Shown: positions 10,064 to 18,423 of the stretch, piece after piece | How positions within the stretch are numbered: position 1 is the stretch's first letter | Layout: every line of letters starts with the position of its first letter | DNA from: Candidatus Woesearchaeota archaeon | GTDB lineage: Archaea > Nanobdellota > Nanobdellia > Woesearchaeales > GW2011-AR4 | Assembly (NCBI GenBank): GCA_016188245.1 | Contig: JACPIE010000013.1 | Span: 21,058-85,057, forward strand | DNA: 64,000 nucleotides | Direction of reading: 5' to 3' | Position numbers and translations under genes: made by a program | The notes under the pieces: model-generated | What the model saw: only the letters and a program-made list of their open reading frames with translations | Databases searched by the model: none | Told to the model about the DNA's origin: nothing

Positions 10064-10761
10064 GACAGGAAGGATGCTGCAAAAAACCAGTTTGCAACTA
10101 TGTTAAGCTTGTTCGTGAATACAAGTATTCCCAATATCAATAATAGGATTCCCACTATGATATTAAAATATTTCAGCACAGTGGCCGATTTGCTGATTAA
10201 GCTTGCTGCCTGTGTCGTGAACAATCCTACAATCAGGAAAGGAATGCCGAGGCCAAGCGCGTAAGACATCAGCAGGACAAATCCAAAAGCAGGCTTTGCC
10301 ACAACCAGGGCAAGCACGCTGCCGAGAATGGCGCTGACGCATGGCGTCCATCCAACTGCAAAAGCCGCGCCAAACACGAAAGAGGTTACGTAAGTTACGC
10401 TGAATTTTTTTTTGACGGCAAACTTGTGCTCCCTTTCAAGAAAGCTTATTTTTATCAATCCAAGGATGTACATTGCAAACAAAATTATTATTATTCCCCC
10501 TGCCCTTGAAAGCCATGTCTGGACATTGTAAGACACTCTTTCCAGCACCGTGTTCAGCAGCACTCCCAATAATGCAAATATGACTGAAAAGCCAAGAACG
10601 AATGCCACGCTGTTCAAAAATACCTTTAATCTTGCATTCTGCTGCCCGGTGCTTGTGCCTGACAGGTAAGCCAAAAATCCCGGTATCAAAGGCAAAACGC
10701 AGGGGCTGGCAAAAGAAACAATGCCTGCAATAAAAGCGACTACAATTGTTGGCTCGACCAT
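10060..10761 (-). CDS. ccdA: CcdA/DsbD-type membrane electron transporter
   Basis: AGIVSFASPCVLPLIP and GWTPC motifs. Confidence 0.92.
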   Translation of the reverse strand: MVEPTIVVAFIAGIVSFASPCVLPLIPGFLAYLSGTSTGQQNARLKVFLNSVAFVLGFSVIFALLGVLLNTVLERVSYNVQTWLSRAGGIIIILFAMYILGLIKISFLEREHKFAVKKKFSVTYVTSFVFGAAFAVGWTPCVSAILGSVLALVVAKPAFGFVLLMSYALGLGIPFLIVGLFTTQAASLISKSATVLKYFNIIVGILLLILGILVFTNKLNIVANWFFAASFLS

Positions 10762-10792
10762 TTTTGATTTTTATTGATTTGGCTGTTATAAC

Positions 10793-11317
10793 CTAAATCT
10801 TGCTTAATTCTTCCAGATATCTTTGCTTGTCCCACGAGTCCGGCCATTTGCCTATTCTCTGGCCGTCTTTTAATATTATTTTTGTATGCTGATAGCTTAC
10901 TCCGAATTCTTTTGCCAAAGCCTCTTCGTCAGCATCAGTATCTGAATCACGGAAATTTACCCTGAATCCAATCAACTCCTGCTCATTAATTTCGTTGAAA
11001 GCCGCCAAAGTTTCCGGCTGCTCTTTTTTGCATGTAGGGCACCAGCTTGCATAAAAATAAAGCAAGATTTTCTTTTTCTCCTTCAGTGCTTTGTCGTAGT
11101 CAGCTTTGTTGAAATCTAGGTATTTTGTTGCGCCAGTACCTGCCAAAACTTTTCCTGTATATATTTTTTCCATAATTGTATCTTCTTTTTGCATCATGGC
11201 GTTGTCTTTTTCCATTATTGCATCTTCCTTATCCATTGCATCCGATGGTGCTTGTGCACATCCAAATACAGCAATACCTAAAATAAGCAATAAAACCACC
11301 ATATGATTAATTTTCAT
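10793..11317 (-). CDS. Thioredoxin-family lipoprotein with Met-rich linker
   Basis: Lipobox-like FGC, DAMDKEDAIMEKDNAMMQK repeats, FYASWCPTC. Confidence 0.85.
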   Translation of the reverse strand: MKINHMVVLLLILGIAVFGCAQAPSDAMDKEDAIMEKDNAMMQKEDTIMEKIYTGKVLAGTGATKYLDFNKADYDKALKEKKKILLYFYASWCPTCKKEQPETLAAFNEINEQELIGFRVNFRDSDTDADEEALAKEFGVSYQHTKIILKDGQRIGKWPDSWDKQRYLEELSKI

Positions 11318-11326
11318 TTTTCCACC

Positions 11327-11623
11327 TCATTCCCATGTTATTTTCAGCAAAATTAAAAATCCAACGGTTTGCAGAAGCGTCAAAATAAAAACATGAACTT
11401 CGACTTCCGGGCTGTAGTAATCCATCATGGTCAGGTAATAGTAAAGAGAAATAAGGCCTTGTACAAGAAACAGCAGCGCAAAAATAAACAATCCTATTGT
11501 GAATCTTGATTTTATTTTCCTGAGATTTTTGATGTAAATGTGCAAAAGCATTCCCAAAGCCGACACAGAGACGACAGCCAGGATAGTTGTCAGATTCATC
11601 AGCATTGCCATAATATTAAGCAA
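11327..11623 (-). CDS. Small 3-TM membrane protein
   Basis: Hydrophobic ORF directly after the ArsR-type regulator; start uncertain. Confidence 0.7.
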   Translation of the reverse strand: MLNIMAMLMNLTTILAVVSVSALGMLLHIYIKNLRKIKSRFTIGLFIFALLFLVQGLISLYYYLTMMDYYSPEVEVHVFILTLLQTVGFLILLKITWE

Positions 11624-11639
11624 AGAATCTCTTATTTAA

Positions 11640-11924
11640 TTACTTTTTCCCAAATTGCGCCCAAATCTCTTCAAAAAGCTTGTAGTTAAGTTTCATGTCT
11701 TCTGACAAAAAGTATACCGCCCCATAGCCGCCTTTGTTTATTGGGGTTATCACATTGTTTTTCTCAAGAACTTCAAGATGGTGCCTCACAGTCTTATAAT
11801 CCAGCTTGAGAATTTCAGCGATTTTATTTGCATTTGACGGCTTTTTCTTAAGCAAATCAATTATTTTGCCTCTTGTCTCGCCTCCTTTCGTACCTGCTAT
11901 CAGATACCACAACAGGTTTTTCAT
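11640..11924 (-). CDS. ArsR-family winged-HTH regulator
   Basis: GTKGGETRGKII, LDYKTVRHHLEVL, GYGAVYFLS. Confidence 0.88.
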   Translation of the reverse strand: MKNLLWYLIAGTKGGETRGKIIDLLKKKPSNANKIAEILKLDYKTVRHHLEVLEKNNVITPINKGGYGAVYFLSEDMKLNYKLFEEIWAQFGKK

Positions 11925-11967
11925 TGAGAAATGAGATTTTTAGGGATTTTTATAGTTTTGTATAGGG

Positions 11968-12789
11968 CTAGCCGATTGCCTTAACCCTAGAACTCCCTAT
12001 TCTTCGGTACAAATATAGTATCAATCCCAGATAAGAAGCCCATGCAGCCACTTCCAGCAGGCTCGGGTTTCCATTGTAGCCGAACAGTCCTTTCAGGAAG
12101 CTTCCTAAAATTCCTTTTTCATTCAAAATGTGGTTGATATCAAACAAAGGGGATATAATGCCGCTTACAGCTCCAGCTTCCTCAAACTCATGTATTCCGT
12201 GCGCCACTAATCCGGCTGCAAACAGTATAAGCAGGATGCTGCTGACACTGAATAGTTTTTTCAGATCAATCTTTTTTGTGCTTACAAAGAAAAGGTAGCC
12301 GACAACTATGGCTGCCAGGATGCCGAGCGTGCCTCCGACAAAATTGATGCCGCTTGCATAATTTATTGCATTCAAAAATATGACAGTTTCAACTCCTTCC
12401 CTGATTACAGCTATGAATATAAGCGTAAAGATTCCTATATGTGAAAATAATGGCTGCGCGCTCATAAGATGCTTCCCGACCTTGCCTTCAATCTCTTTTG
12501 AGATGTGCCTTTGCTGCATCATCCAGAGTATCATGGTCGTGAGCAAAACAGCTCCAATAAGCATTGTTATCCCTTCAAAAATCTGCTCCGTCTTTCCCTC
12601 AAACTCTCCTGCAAAAAACGTGAATGCCAAAGCTGCAATTATGCTTGCTAGGATTCCAGCGCCTATGCCATAATACACAGTTTTCTTATAGCTTTGGTTG
12701 TTTGTCCTGTTAAGGTAAGCCAGCACAATTCCTACAACTAAGCTTGCTTCCAAAGTTTCCCTTGAAGTTACCAAAAAAGACTCAATCAT
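11968..12789 (-). CDS. FTR1-family iron permease
   Basis: Two RExxE motifs (RETLE, REGVE), HEFEEAG. Confidence 0.92.
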   Translation of the reverse strand: MIESFLVTSRETLEASLVVGIVLAYLNRTNNQSYKKTVYYGIGAGILASIIAALAFTFFAGEFEGKTEQIFEGITMLIGAVLLTTMILWMMQQRHISKEIEGKVGKHLMSAQPLFSHIGIFTLIFIAVIREGVETVIFLNAINYASGINFVGGTLGILAAIVVGYLFFVSTKKIDLKKLFSVSSILLILFAAGLVAHGIHEFEEAGAVSGIISPLFDINHILNEKGILGSFLKGLFGYNGNPSLLEVAAWASYLGLILYLYRRIGSSRVKAIG

Positions 12790-12807
12790 CGTTTAACCAA
12801 TCAAAAC

Positions 12808-12821
12808 TTAACAATTGTTAA
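12808..12821. promoter_or_regulatory. Second copy of palindrome TTAACAATTGTTAA, putative operator
   Basis: Lies between the TATA box (about 12837-12851) and FTR1 start; identical to 3860-3873. Confidence 0.65.
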
Positions 12822-12914
12822 TTGGAGCAGTTGCTTGTATTTAAAGCTTTCTGGGCGGTTTCCTAATAGTGTTTTGATAAGTGCGAAATTCGTCATTTTA
12901 ACTATGAGAATCAG

Positions 12915-13343
12915 CTAAAGGCTGCCTTTGAGGGTATCTTTTATTATAGCAGGGCATATCCTTGTAACTCCGTCAAGCCCTTTAAGCTTGTCAGAAAAAG
13001 ACCTTAGATCATCATCGTTCTTTGCCCAAACCTCAATCATGAACATATGGTCGCCGGCTGTTGATGCCGCATATTTTATGCCGTCGAACTCTGCCAGTCT
13101 TTTTGCCACGTCAAGATATTTCTCCGGCACGACATCCACTCCTATCAGGGCAATGTTTGAAATGCCTACCTTGCCTGCATCGATTTCCAGGGAATATTTC
13201 CTGATAATTCCGTTCTTTTCAAGATTTGAGACTCGCTTCCTTATCGTTGATTCGGAAACCTTCAGTTTTCTCGCTATCTCCATGAAAGGAGTTCTGGAAT
13301 TCCCTGAAAGGAAATCTATTATTTTTAAGTCAAGTTTATCCAT
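12915..13343 (-). CDS. Lrp/AsnC regulator (LrpA-like)
   Basis: LDLKII..NSRTPFMEIARKL.VSESTIRKRV; C-terminal RAM domain GDHMFMIEVW. Confidence 0.92.
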   Translation of the reverse strand: MDKLDLKIIDFLSGNSRTPFMEIARKLKVSESTIRKRVSNLEKNGIIRKYSLEIDAGKVGISNIALIGVDVVPEKYLDVAKRLAEFDGIKYAASTAGDHMFMIEVWAKNDDDLRSFSDKLKGLDGVTRICPAIIKDTLKGSL

Positions 13344-13361
13344 AAATCACCAAATAAGCAA

Positions 13362-14075
13362 TCAAGCCCCCTGCTTGAACAAAACATATCTTTTGTCTGT
13401 GTTTATATAATCTGATTTTGATTTAGAATCAAGCCTGTCCAATAAGGTGTTCAGGCCGACATAAGATGCTGTTATGCCTCCTGCAAACAGCAGCCTTTCA
13501 TAAATTACAATGGGTATCAGCGCAATCCAGGCGGCAGGAGTCATCGGAACAATATAGTTCCACATGGCACCGCCAACTGCATGGGCTGTGAATGTTGCGC
13601 CCAAGCTTTTGAGGAAAGCCTTCTCGCTGTATTTTTTAGGAAGCAGCTTTATCACAATCGGTATTGTCCAGAACAGTGAAAAAAACCAGACTTGCCTTCC
13701 AACCGGATGCGCTATAAACAGCAGTATTGCTGCGACAGGCACCAAAAAGCTGAGCTTGTCTTTTTTGGCGCCAAAATACCATGCTGCGAAAAGCATCGGA
13801 AGCAATCTGAGCGCAGTTATCCAATCAAATGAGGCATTTGTGTAAAGTTTGCTTGCGACTTCTGCAATCAAGACTGACAGCACTCCGACAGCAGGCCCAA
13901 GAAAAGCCCCGGCCACAGGCCCGAAAAACTGAAACAGCGTAAAAAATTGGTTGTCAGCGCCAATCAGCCTTGAGAAATTTATCCTGTCGCCTGTAAAAAC
14001 CAGGATGCTGAATATGAGCAAAAACAGCAAGCCTTTTGTTGTGATTAATTTATTCAGCCTCATTATACTTACCAT
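13362..14075 (-). CDS. Integral membrane protein, possibly ECF S-component-like
   Basis: About 6-7 TM; GPVAGAFLGPAVG motif; function inferred only. Confidence 0.6.
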   Translation of the reverse strand: MVSIMRLNKLITTKGLLFLLIFSILVFTGDRINFSRLIGADNQFFTLFQFFGPVAGAFLGPAVGVLSVLIAEVASKLYTNASFDWITALRLLPMLFAAWYFGAKKDKLSFLVPVAAILLFIAHPVGRQVWFFSLFWTIPIVIKLLPKKYSEKAFLKSLGATFTAHAVGGAMWNYIVPMTPAAWIALIPIVIYERLLFAGGITASYVGLNTLLDRLDSKSKSDYINTDKRYVLFKQGA

Positions 14076-14126
14076 TGCAAAGCAAAATAGTTTAATTTAA
14101 ATAGTTTTCTGATTTTGCATGTGAAG

Positions 14127-14846
14127 ATGCTGCACGGAAAAGTTGCCCTTGTTACGGGAAGCTCAAAAAGAATCGGAAAGGAGATGGCCATAGCCCTGGC
14201 CAGGAACGGCGCTTGTGTTGCGGTTCACTGCAATAAAAGCCGAAAGGAAGCGGAAGCTGTAAGGAAAAAGATAGAATCTTTCGGGAATCCATCAATGGTT
14301 GTTAAAGCAGATTTAAGGAGCCTGAAGGAAACGAAGGCAATGTTCAGGGCCATAATAAAAAAATTCAAAAAAATAGACATTCTGATAAATAATGTCGGAA
14401 ATTTCATATTCAAGGATATTGATGGGTATTCGCCGGAAGAATGGCATTATCTCATAGACACCACACTGAACACAACTTACCATTGCTGCAAATGCGCTTT
14501 GCCGTATATGAGGGGGCAAAAATTCGGCAGGATAATAAATATAGCCGATTCATTGGCTGACAGGATCCAGGCATCTCCAAAATTAACCCCGTATATGATT
14601 GGCAAGACCGGCGTGCTTATCCTGACGCAAACTTTGGCCGTTACAGAAGCAAGGCATAACATAAACGTCAATGCAGTGTCTCCTGGCGTCATGGAAAACA
14701 GCATTGTCAAGCCTGCTGACAAAGTTCCAAAAGGAAGGTACGGGAGTTATGATGATATAGTAAACGCTGTGCTGTTTTTGCTTGACGAGAAATCAGATTA
14801 CATAACCGGCGCGAATATAAAGGTAAATGGCGGCTGGCGTCTATAA
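14127..14846 (+). CDS. SDR oxidoreductase, FolM/pteridine-reductase-like
   Basis: TGSSKRIG (Arg-containing motif of PTR1/FolM-type SDRs), INNVG, YMIGK; adjacent to the folate operon. Confidence 0.8.
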   Translation: MLHGKVALVTGSSKRIGKEMAIALARNGACVAVHCNKSRKEAEAVRKKIESFGNPSMVVKADLRSLKETKAMFRAIIKKFKKIDILINNVGNFIFKDIDGYSPEEWHYLIDTTLNTTYHCCKCALPYMRGQKFGRIINIADSLADRIQASPKLTPYMIGKTGVLILTQTLAVTEARHNINVNAVSPGVMENSIVKPADKVPKGRYGSYDDIVNAVLFLLDEKSDYITGANIKVNGGWRL

Positions 14847-14854
14847 ACAAGAAT

Positions 14855-15316
14855 TTACTTCAAATCCGTTAATTCCTTGTAAAGTTCCTTTATTTTCCTG
14901 TTTAAAACAGGATGCACAAAATAAGGAGCAATCTCCTTTAAAGGCTCTAACACAAACAATCTTTCATGCAGCCTGGGATGAGGTATGATTAAATTTTTTT
15001 CATTGATGAATAGGTTGTCATAAAACAATATATCCATGTCAATTATCCTTGGGCCATTTTTTATTTTCTTGATCCTTCCCATTTTTTTCTCAATTGACTG
15101 CAGAAATTCAAGCAATTCAAGCGGCTCAAGTTTTGTCTCAATTTCAATTGCGCAGTTCAAAAACCAATCCTGCTCCCTGTACCCAACAGGCTCTGTCTCA
15201 TACAATGAAGATTTTTTTAAAATTTTGCATTTTTCTTTTATCAAATCAACTGCTTTTCTGATATTTTCTTCCTTATGTCCAATATTCGAGCCTATGCCAA
15301 CAAAAACATCAGTCAT
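14855..15316 (-). CDS. folK: 6-hydroxymethyl-dihydropterin pyrophosphokinase
   Basis: GIGSNIG, SSLYETEP, FLNC, GPRIIDMDIL, PHPRLHERLFVL. Confidence 0.96.
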   Translation of the reverse strand: MTDVFVGIGSNIGHKEENIRKAVDLIKEKCKILKKSSLYETEPVGYREQDWFLNCAIEIETKLEPLELLEFLQSIEKKMGRIKKIKNGPRIIDMDILFYDNLFINEKNLIIPHPRLHERLFVLEPLKEIAPYFVHPVLNRKIKELYKELTDLK

Positions 15317-15662
15317 TTTTCTCTCTTGTCATTTCAACAGCAGCATATCTCATATTTGGAATCTTTTTTTTAACTTTTACAATTATTTTCTTGGCATTGA
15401 ATTTGTCCAAAATGCTTTCTGCAATTTTATTTGCAAGCGCCTCAACCAGATTGTATTCCTTTTTCTCCGCAATGCTTTTCATCAAGCTGAAAACATCAGA
15501 ATAGTTTATTGTGTACCTTATATCGTCACTATTGGCTGCTTTCTTAGTATCCAAGAATAATTCAGCATCAACAAAAATTTTCTGCTTCTTGCTCCTTTCC
15601 TTAGAGGAAACTCCAATATTGCAAAACAAAGCCGCATCCTTTATTATTATCTTGTCCATCAT
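15309..15662 (-). CDS. folB: Dihydroneopterin aldolase
   Basis: DKIII..IGV...ER..KQ, TINYS, LVEALA. Confidence 0.92.
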   Translation of the reverse strand: MMDKIIIKDAALFCNIGVSSKERSKKQKIFVDAELFLDTKKAANSDDIRYTINYSDVFSLMKSIAEKKEYNLVEALANKIAESILDKFNAKKIIVKVKKKIPNMRYAAVEMTREKND

Positions 15663-16483
15663 GCGCTCCTTACAGCATAAGCTATCTGCACTGCTCTCTT
15701 GCATTGCCTCACATCATGCACCCTTACAATATTTGCGCCATTCATGACCGCAATTGCAACAGAAGCCAAAGTCCCCTCAAGCCTCTCATCTACATTTAGC
15801 CCTGTAACACTCCCTATAAAAGATTTCCTTGAAGGGCCGACTAAAACAGGGCATTTTAATTCTTTAAATTCTTCCAATCTCTTCAATATTTGCAGGTTGT
15901 GCTCTGTCGTCTTTCCAAACCCGATTCCGGGATCAACAATAACATCATCAATCCCTTCTTTTTTAGCTTTTAAAATTCTCTCCTTTAAAAATTCCTTAAT
16001 TTCATTTACAACATCTCTGTAGGCTGGGTTTTGCTGCATATTTTTTGGCTTGCCTTTCATGTGCATGATGACAATTGGCACTTTCAATTCAGACGCCAAG
16101 TTAATCATCTCCTGATTTCCAAGCCCGGTTATGTCATTGATAATATGCGCTCCCAGCTCAATGCATTTTCTTGCCACAAATGGCTTGTAAGTGTCAACAG
16201 ATATTGGAACACCAAGGCCAATAATTTTTTTGATTATCGGCTCAGTCCTTGCAAGCTCATCTTCATCTGATATTGGCTCGGAGCCCGGCCTTGTGCTTTC
16301 CCCACCAACATCTATCATGTCTGCGCCTTCCTCAACCATTTGTGCAGCATACTTTACTGCCTTGTCAACATCAACAAACAATCCTCCATCAGAAAAGGAG
16401 TCAGGGGTTATATTCAGGACTCCCATTACAAGAGTCCTGTCAAAATTCAGCAAGTGATTCCCGCATTTTATTGCCTTTAACAT
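15659..16483 (-). CDS. folP: Dihydropteroate synthase
   Basis: MGVLNITPDSFSDGG, DVGGESTRPG, DPGIGFGK, SRKSF, VRVHDV. Confidence 0.97.
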   Translation of the reverse strand: MLKAIKCGNHLLNFDRTLVMGVLNITPDSFSDGGLFVDVDKAVKYAAQMVEEGADMIDVGGESTRPGSEPISDEDELARTEPIIKKIIGLGVPISVDTYKPFVARKCIELGAHIINDITGLGNQEMINLASELKVPIVIMHMKGKPKNMQQNPAYRDVVNEIKEFLKERILKAKKEGIDDVIVDPGIGFGKTTEHNLQILKRLEEFKELKCPVLVGPSRKSFIGSVTGLNVDERLEGTLASVAIAVMNGANIVRVHDVRQCKRAVQIAYAVRSA

Positions 16484-16490
16484 AGAAAAC

Positions 16491-17042
16491 CTATTTTATG
16501 AGCTTCAAAAATTCTTCCCTTGTCTTGATATCGTCCCTGAACAAGCCTCTTACAGCAGATGTCACAATCTCTGCAGGCAGCTTAAGCCCTCTCATCTCAA
16601 TGCACAGATGCCTTGCCTCAATCACAACTCCAACACCTTTTGGCTCAAGATGCTTCATGATGCTGTTTGCTATCTCTGTTGTCAGCCTTTCTTGCAGCTG
16701 CAGCTTCCTGCTCAATACATCAATTATCTCCACCAGCTTGCTCACCCCAACTATCCTGTTTTTCTTTGGGATGTAAGCAACATGGCATTTCCCGAAAAAA
16801 GGCACAAGATGGTGCTCGCACATTGAATAAAAAGGGACATCCTTCACAAGCACCATTTCATCATGTTTCAGCTCATGAGTCACTTTAAGGATATCCTTGA
16901 CATCCTTTCCTTTCCCAGAAAGGATATCTTCCATCATCTCTGCAAATCTTTCAGGAGTATTCTTTAACTCAGGCTTGTTTGGGTTTTCGCCTATTGCTTT
17001 GATTATTTCAGAAACAGCCTTCTTGATTTTTTCCTTATCCAT
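16491..17042 (-). CDS. folE: GTP cyclohydrolase I (FolE type)
   Basis: TPERFA, SMCEHHLVPFFG, LQLQERLT, ARHLC..MRG; start reassigned to 17042. Confidence 0.96.
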   Translation of the reverse strand: MDKEKIKKAVSEIIKAIGENPNKPELKNTPERFAEMMEDILSGKGKDVKDILKVTHELKHDEMVLVKDVPFYSMCEHHLVPFFGKCHVAYIPKKNRIVGVSKLVEIIDVLSRKLQLQERLTTEIANSIMKHLEPKGVGVVIEARHLCIEMRGLKLPAEIVTSAVRGLFRDDIKTREEFLKLIK

Positions 17043-17115
17043 TTTACCCCAACAAGTAATGGATAAAAATTTCCCTTTAATAATATTTGTATTAAAAATA
17101 ATAAAAAAGAAATAG

Positions 17116-17778
17116 CTAGCAGTATTTCCTATAGACACCATCGAGCATGTTCCACATAGCTTTCATTGATTTATTCAAGGATTTTCTCACTTTTGCCTGC
17201 TGCTCTTTTGTCCTTGCATGCTTTGCAATCATCTTCTTCCATGTCTTCTGGTGCTCAATGTCAACCTTGCTGTGCACCTTGAAAAATTCAAGCGCTCTCG
17301 CATCTTTCATTCCATAGTGTTTTTTCAGGCCATCCATTTTCAGCTTTGCTATCTCTGAAATCTGCGATTCATATCCCAATAATGCTGCAGCCCCCTCCAA
17401 AAAATCGTTTGAGGAAAGCTTCTGCATTTCTTTTAGCATCTTTTTTGTCTCAGGCAGCATCTTTGCATCCATCTCGTTTCTTTTCAGTCCAAGCCCATCT
17501 GCAAACCTAAGCCAAAGCTCTGAATGCGGAAGCTTTGGATTTTCCTCTTCATTGAGATTTTCAAGTATCGTAAGCCTTTCTTCCTCGTAAGGCGTATTGG
17601 AGTGAACCCTGCTCACAAGCCTTGGGAATTCTGCTACAAATTTGTAGTATTGCTGGGCATATCCCCTCAAAGCGTCCATGCTTACTTTGCCCTCATTCCA
17701 CAATTGATAGAATTTATGCTTTGAAAGATGTCTTTCCTTTATGTCCTTCTCAAGCAATTTTATTATGTTTTTTGCCAT
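17116..17778 (-). CDS. CADD/CT610-type (PqqC-like) putative pABA synthase
   Basis: HKFYQLW, YAQQYY, ENL.EE...H.ELW, YESQ......K..GL...YG, FFKVH...D..H; directly upstream of folE. Confidence 0.85.
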   Translation of the reverse strand: MAKNIIKLLEKDIKERHLSKHKFYQLWNEGKVSMDALRGYAQQYYKFVAEFPRLVSRVHSNTPYEEERLTILENLNEEENPKLPHSELWLRFADGLGLKRNEMDAKMLPETKKMLKEMQKLSSNDFLEGAAALLGYESQISEIAKLKMDGLKKHYGMKDARALEFFKVHSKVDIEHQKTWKKMIAKHARTKEQQAKVRKSLNKSMKAMWNMLDGVYRKYC

Positions 17779-17824
17779 AATACTACCTTTTGCCGCTTAT
17801 AAACTTTATATTTATAATTTTCTA

Positions 17825-18328
17825 TCAGAAATTTTCAGCCAAGTAAACAGCGTATGTTTTGCCTTTTGCCTCTCGTTTGACAAGGTTCTTCCTTTCAAAG
17901 CCTGTCAAGATCTGGCTGACTTTTGCCTTTGACAGGTCTGTCCTGTATTTAAGTGTTGACTGGGTGATGCCGTCCTGCTCCCTGATTGCCTTAAGCACTT
18001 TCTTTTCATTGTCGTCCAATGCCTTTAAAACTAAATCAAACTTGTCCCCCTCAAGTTTCATGTTCTTTTCTTCTTCCAGCCTTTTCATGATTGCTTCCTC
18101 GCTTGTGCTGAAGAACAGTAAGTAAACGCCCAGCGCGCCTATGAATGATATCAATCCGACTGCAACGTGGCTTAATCCAACCAATGACTCGACCCTTTGG
18201 CATTCATTTGTAGGGTAGCACTGCAGAGCAGCTGTCTGTTTGCCAAGAATCCCCATAAAGCCGAATGCAAGTATGCTTGCCAGTACGCTGAAAGACAAAA
18301 TCACGAATCCGAGCTTCTTGTTTTCCAT
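17825..18328 (-). CDS. Membrane-anchored winged-HTH protein
   Basis: Two N-terminal TMs; GITQSTLKYRTDLSKAKVSQIL HTH. Confidence 0.8.
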   Translation of the reverse strand: MENKKLGFVILSFSVLASILAFGFMGILGKQTAALQCYPTNECQRVESLVGLSHVAVGLISFIGALGVYLLFFSTSEEAIMKRLEEEKNMKLEGDKFDLVLKALDDNEKKVLKAIREQDGITQSTLKYRTDLSKAKVSQILTGFERKNLVKREAKGKTYAVYLAENF

Positions 18329-18423
18329 TTTATTGTATTTGAAAGATATATACTTTAAAGTATATAAAGTTATTGTGATTTGATGTCCTAGGAAATTGCT
18401 ATCGAGAAAGTTTAAATTATTGC

